Source: Selaginella moellendorffii (lineage: Eukaryota; Plantae; Lycopodiophyta). From it: 64,000 nt of DNA. Positions 62,201-64,000 of the stretch are shown one piece after another. Position 1 is the stretch's first letter; the number at the start of each line of letters is the position of its first letter. The notes under the pieces are model-generated. The model did not search any database, had not been told where the DNA came from, and saw nothing but the letters and a program-made list of their open reading frames with translations. Made by a program: the position numbers and the translations under genes. The stretch spans positions 512,371 through 576,370 of the forward strand of contig NW_003314278.1 in assembly GCF_000143415.4 (NCBI RefSeq), given 5' to 3'.

Positions 62201-64000
62201 GGCTAGTTACTACCAACGTTTCCAGCATAAGTTTGCAGAGGTGGCTATTCTTTTGACGCGGTTGTTACACAAGAATGTGCCATTCGAGTGGAAGAAGCCA
62301 CAAAAGGAGAGTTTTGTGGCGTTGAAACGATTGTTGAGCGAGGCTCCAGTGCTTCGCATTGCTGATCCATCGAAACCTTACAAGGTGACATGCGATGCGA
62401 GTGGTTATGCACTGGGAGGAGTTCTCATGTAAGAGGGACAGCCTATTGCATATGAGAGTCAAACTTTGAATTCCGCAGAGCAACGCTATTCCATATATGA
62501 GCAAGAGTTACTCTCTATTATTCATGCTTTGTGGACGTGGCGGCACTATCTTTATGGTGCAGTGTTCATGGTGTTGACAGATCACAAACCACTTGTGTAT
62601 CTCTTCACACAGAAGGAGTTGAACACTAGGCAAGCTCGTTGGATGGTCAAACTCATGGAGTTTGGGGAGTTTCCTATTGAGCATCGTCCGGGAAAATCAA
62701 ATGTGGTGGCGGATGCTTTATCTCGTGTTCATCATGTGACAACGTTACAAACACGATTTTGTCATCATTTGAGTAAGGTGGTCAGCGAGTTTGGGCAGTT
62801 GGTTGAGCATACTCAGGCTCAAGATGTTGAGGTGGCCTCTTTGCGAGCCCAGATGGAAGCCCCTTTCTCATTGGTGGATGGGATTCTCTATTATAATGGC
62901 CGTGTATATTTGCCACAAGTGGATGTGTTAATTACTTAAGTTTTATTCCACTATCATGATCATCCAAAGGCTGGTCATTTTGGGGGGAAGAAGACGTATG
63001 AGTTGATTAAGTGCAACTTTTATTGGAGGAATATGAAGGCTGATATCCTCAAGTATTGTAAATCATGCGAGCTTTGTCAGCAGGTTAAAGTGCCACGAGA
63101 GAAGCCGGGGGGACTTTTGCAACCTTTACCTATTCCTCAGAGCCGTTGGTGTAGTATCTCTATGGACTTCATCACTTGTTTGCCACGAACACAGAGGCAA
63201 AAGGAGCAAGTATGGGTCATAGTGGATCGGTTGACGAAGTATGTGTGGTTGTTGGCTCTTCGGAAGACTATCACTGCCTCAGACTTGGCTGCAGTTTACT
63301 TGGAGAAGGTTTTTCCTGATTTTGGTTTGCCGGAGGACATCATTAGTGATCGAGATTCAAAGTTCACCAGTGGATTTTGGAAAAGCTTTGCAAAGGCTAT
63401 GCAAATGACTTTGAAACTCTCGAATGGAGATCATCCTCAAACGGATGGGCAAACTGAGCATGTGAATCAGGTGGTGGAGGATATGCTACGTTGTAACATT
63501 GGTTAAAGGCAAGGACAATGGGATCTATATCTTCCGTTGGTGCAATTTGCTTATAACTATAGCCAACACAGTGGAACCAAGCTAAGTCCTTACTTTGCCA
63601 TGTTTGGAAGGCATCCTCGAACAGTGGTGGAGTTGGGATTGCATTTGAGTAAGGACGTTCAAGATAAGCTTGATTCCGAGGCAAATGATCTGGCCACAGA
63701 ACTTGATGAGATTTTGGTGGTGTGCAAATGGAATTTGCAAGCAGCTCAGGATAGAGCGGAGAAGTTTGCCAATGAGCATCGCCAATTCCAGGAATATAAG
63801 GTGGGTGATCTCGTCTTTGTGCGAGTGATCTTTCCGTCAAGTGAGTGGCGGAACACCTTGGTGCCTTTACAGACAGGGAAGAGTGATAAACTTTCCCATC
63901 GATATGCTAATCCATATGAAGTGCTGGAGCGCATTGGTAAAGCGGCTTATCGGGTGCAACTGCCAGCTGGGGTGAAAATTCATCCGGTATTTTATGTCAG
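59250..64000 (+). mobile_element. Ty3/gypsy LTR retrotransposon (chromovirus-type pol), degenerate, truncated by the window edge
   Basis: LTR end CATAACA at 59731, PBS TGGTATCAGAGC (59733-59744, tRNA-iMet), gag zinc knuckle CHHCGELGHYKADC, protease LLDSGSDDNFV, RT KIDLRSGYHQ and FLDD, RNase H TCDASG, integrase SDRDSKF, HPQTDGQTE, IHPVF; several premature stops. LTR start is approximate. Confidence 0.92.

Overview
Eukaryotic plant nuclear DNA, most likely a lycophyte such as Selaginella. This is inferred from the Selaginella-style PLS-PPR gene, very short (~56-58 bp) introns and a Tcn1-like chromovirus. The left ~34 kb is a nested transposon stack. Its oldest layer is a decayed MULE/SWIM-type DNA transposon: the transposase is on the minus strand and a divergent plus-strand gene carries a ParB-like domain and a C-terminal N4/N6 (amino) DNA-methyltransferase-like domain. 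The element is closed at 34081 by a TIR-like end also seen at 1400. Four LTR insertions interrupt it: a self-priming Tcn1-like chromovirus (3072-8609), a solo LTR (10453-11300), a non-chromovirus Ty3/gypsy element with a long in-frame post-integrase extension (13553-22534), and an old LTR element (23487-32015) that itself holds a solo LTR. The right half has three apparently intact genes (DUF3669 kinase-like protein, Uma2-like PD-(D/E)XK nuclease, PLS-E PPR protein) in a patchwork of deletion-riddled pseudogenes (P-type PPRs, copia RT, class-3 lipase, peptide deformylase, KASI, an AT-rich B-lectin gene, a tRNA-Ser fragment). It also holds a Helentron-like non-autonomous element with its empty site in the window, a head-to-head pair of TRIM-like elements sharing one TSD, and a Ty3/gypsy element running off the right edge. 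All family assignments come from manual translation and motif recall; no searches were run.
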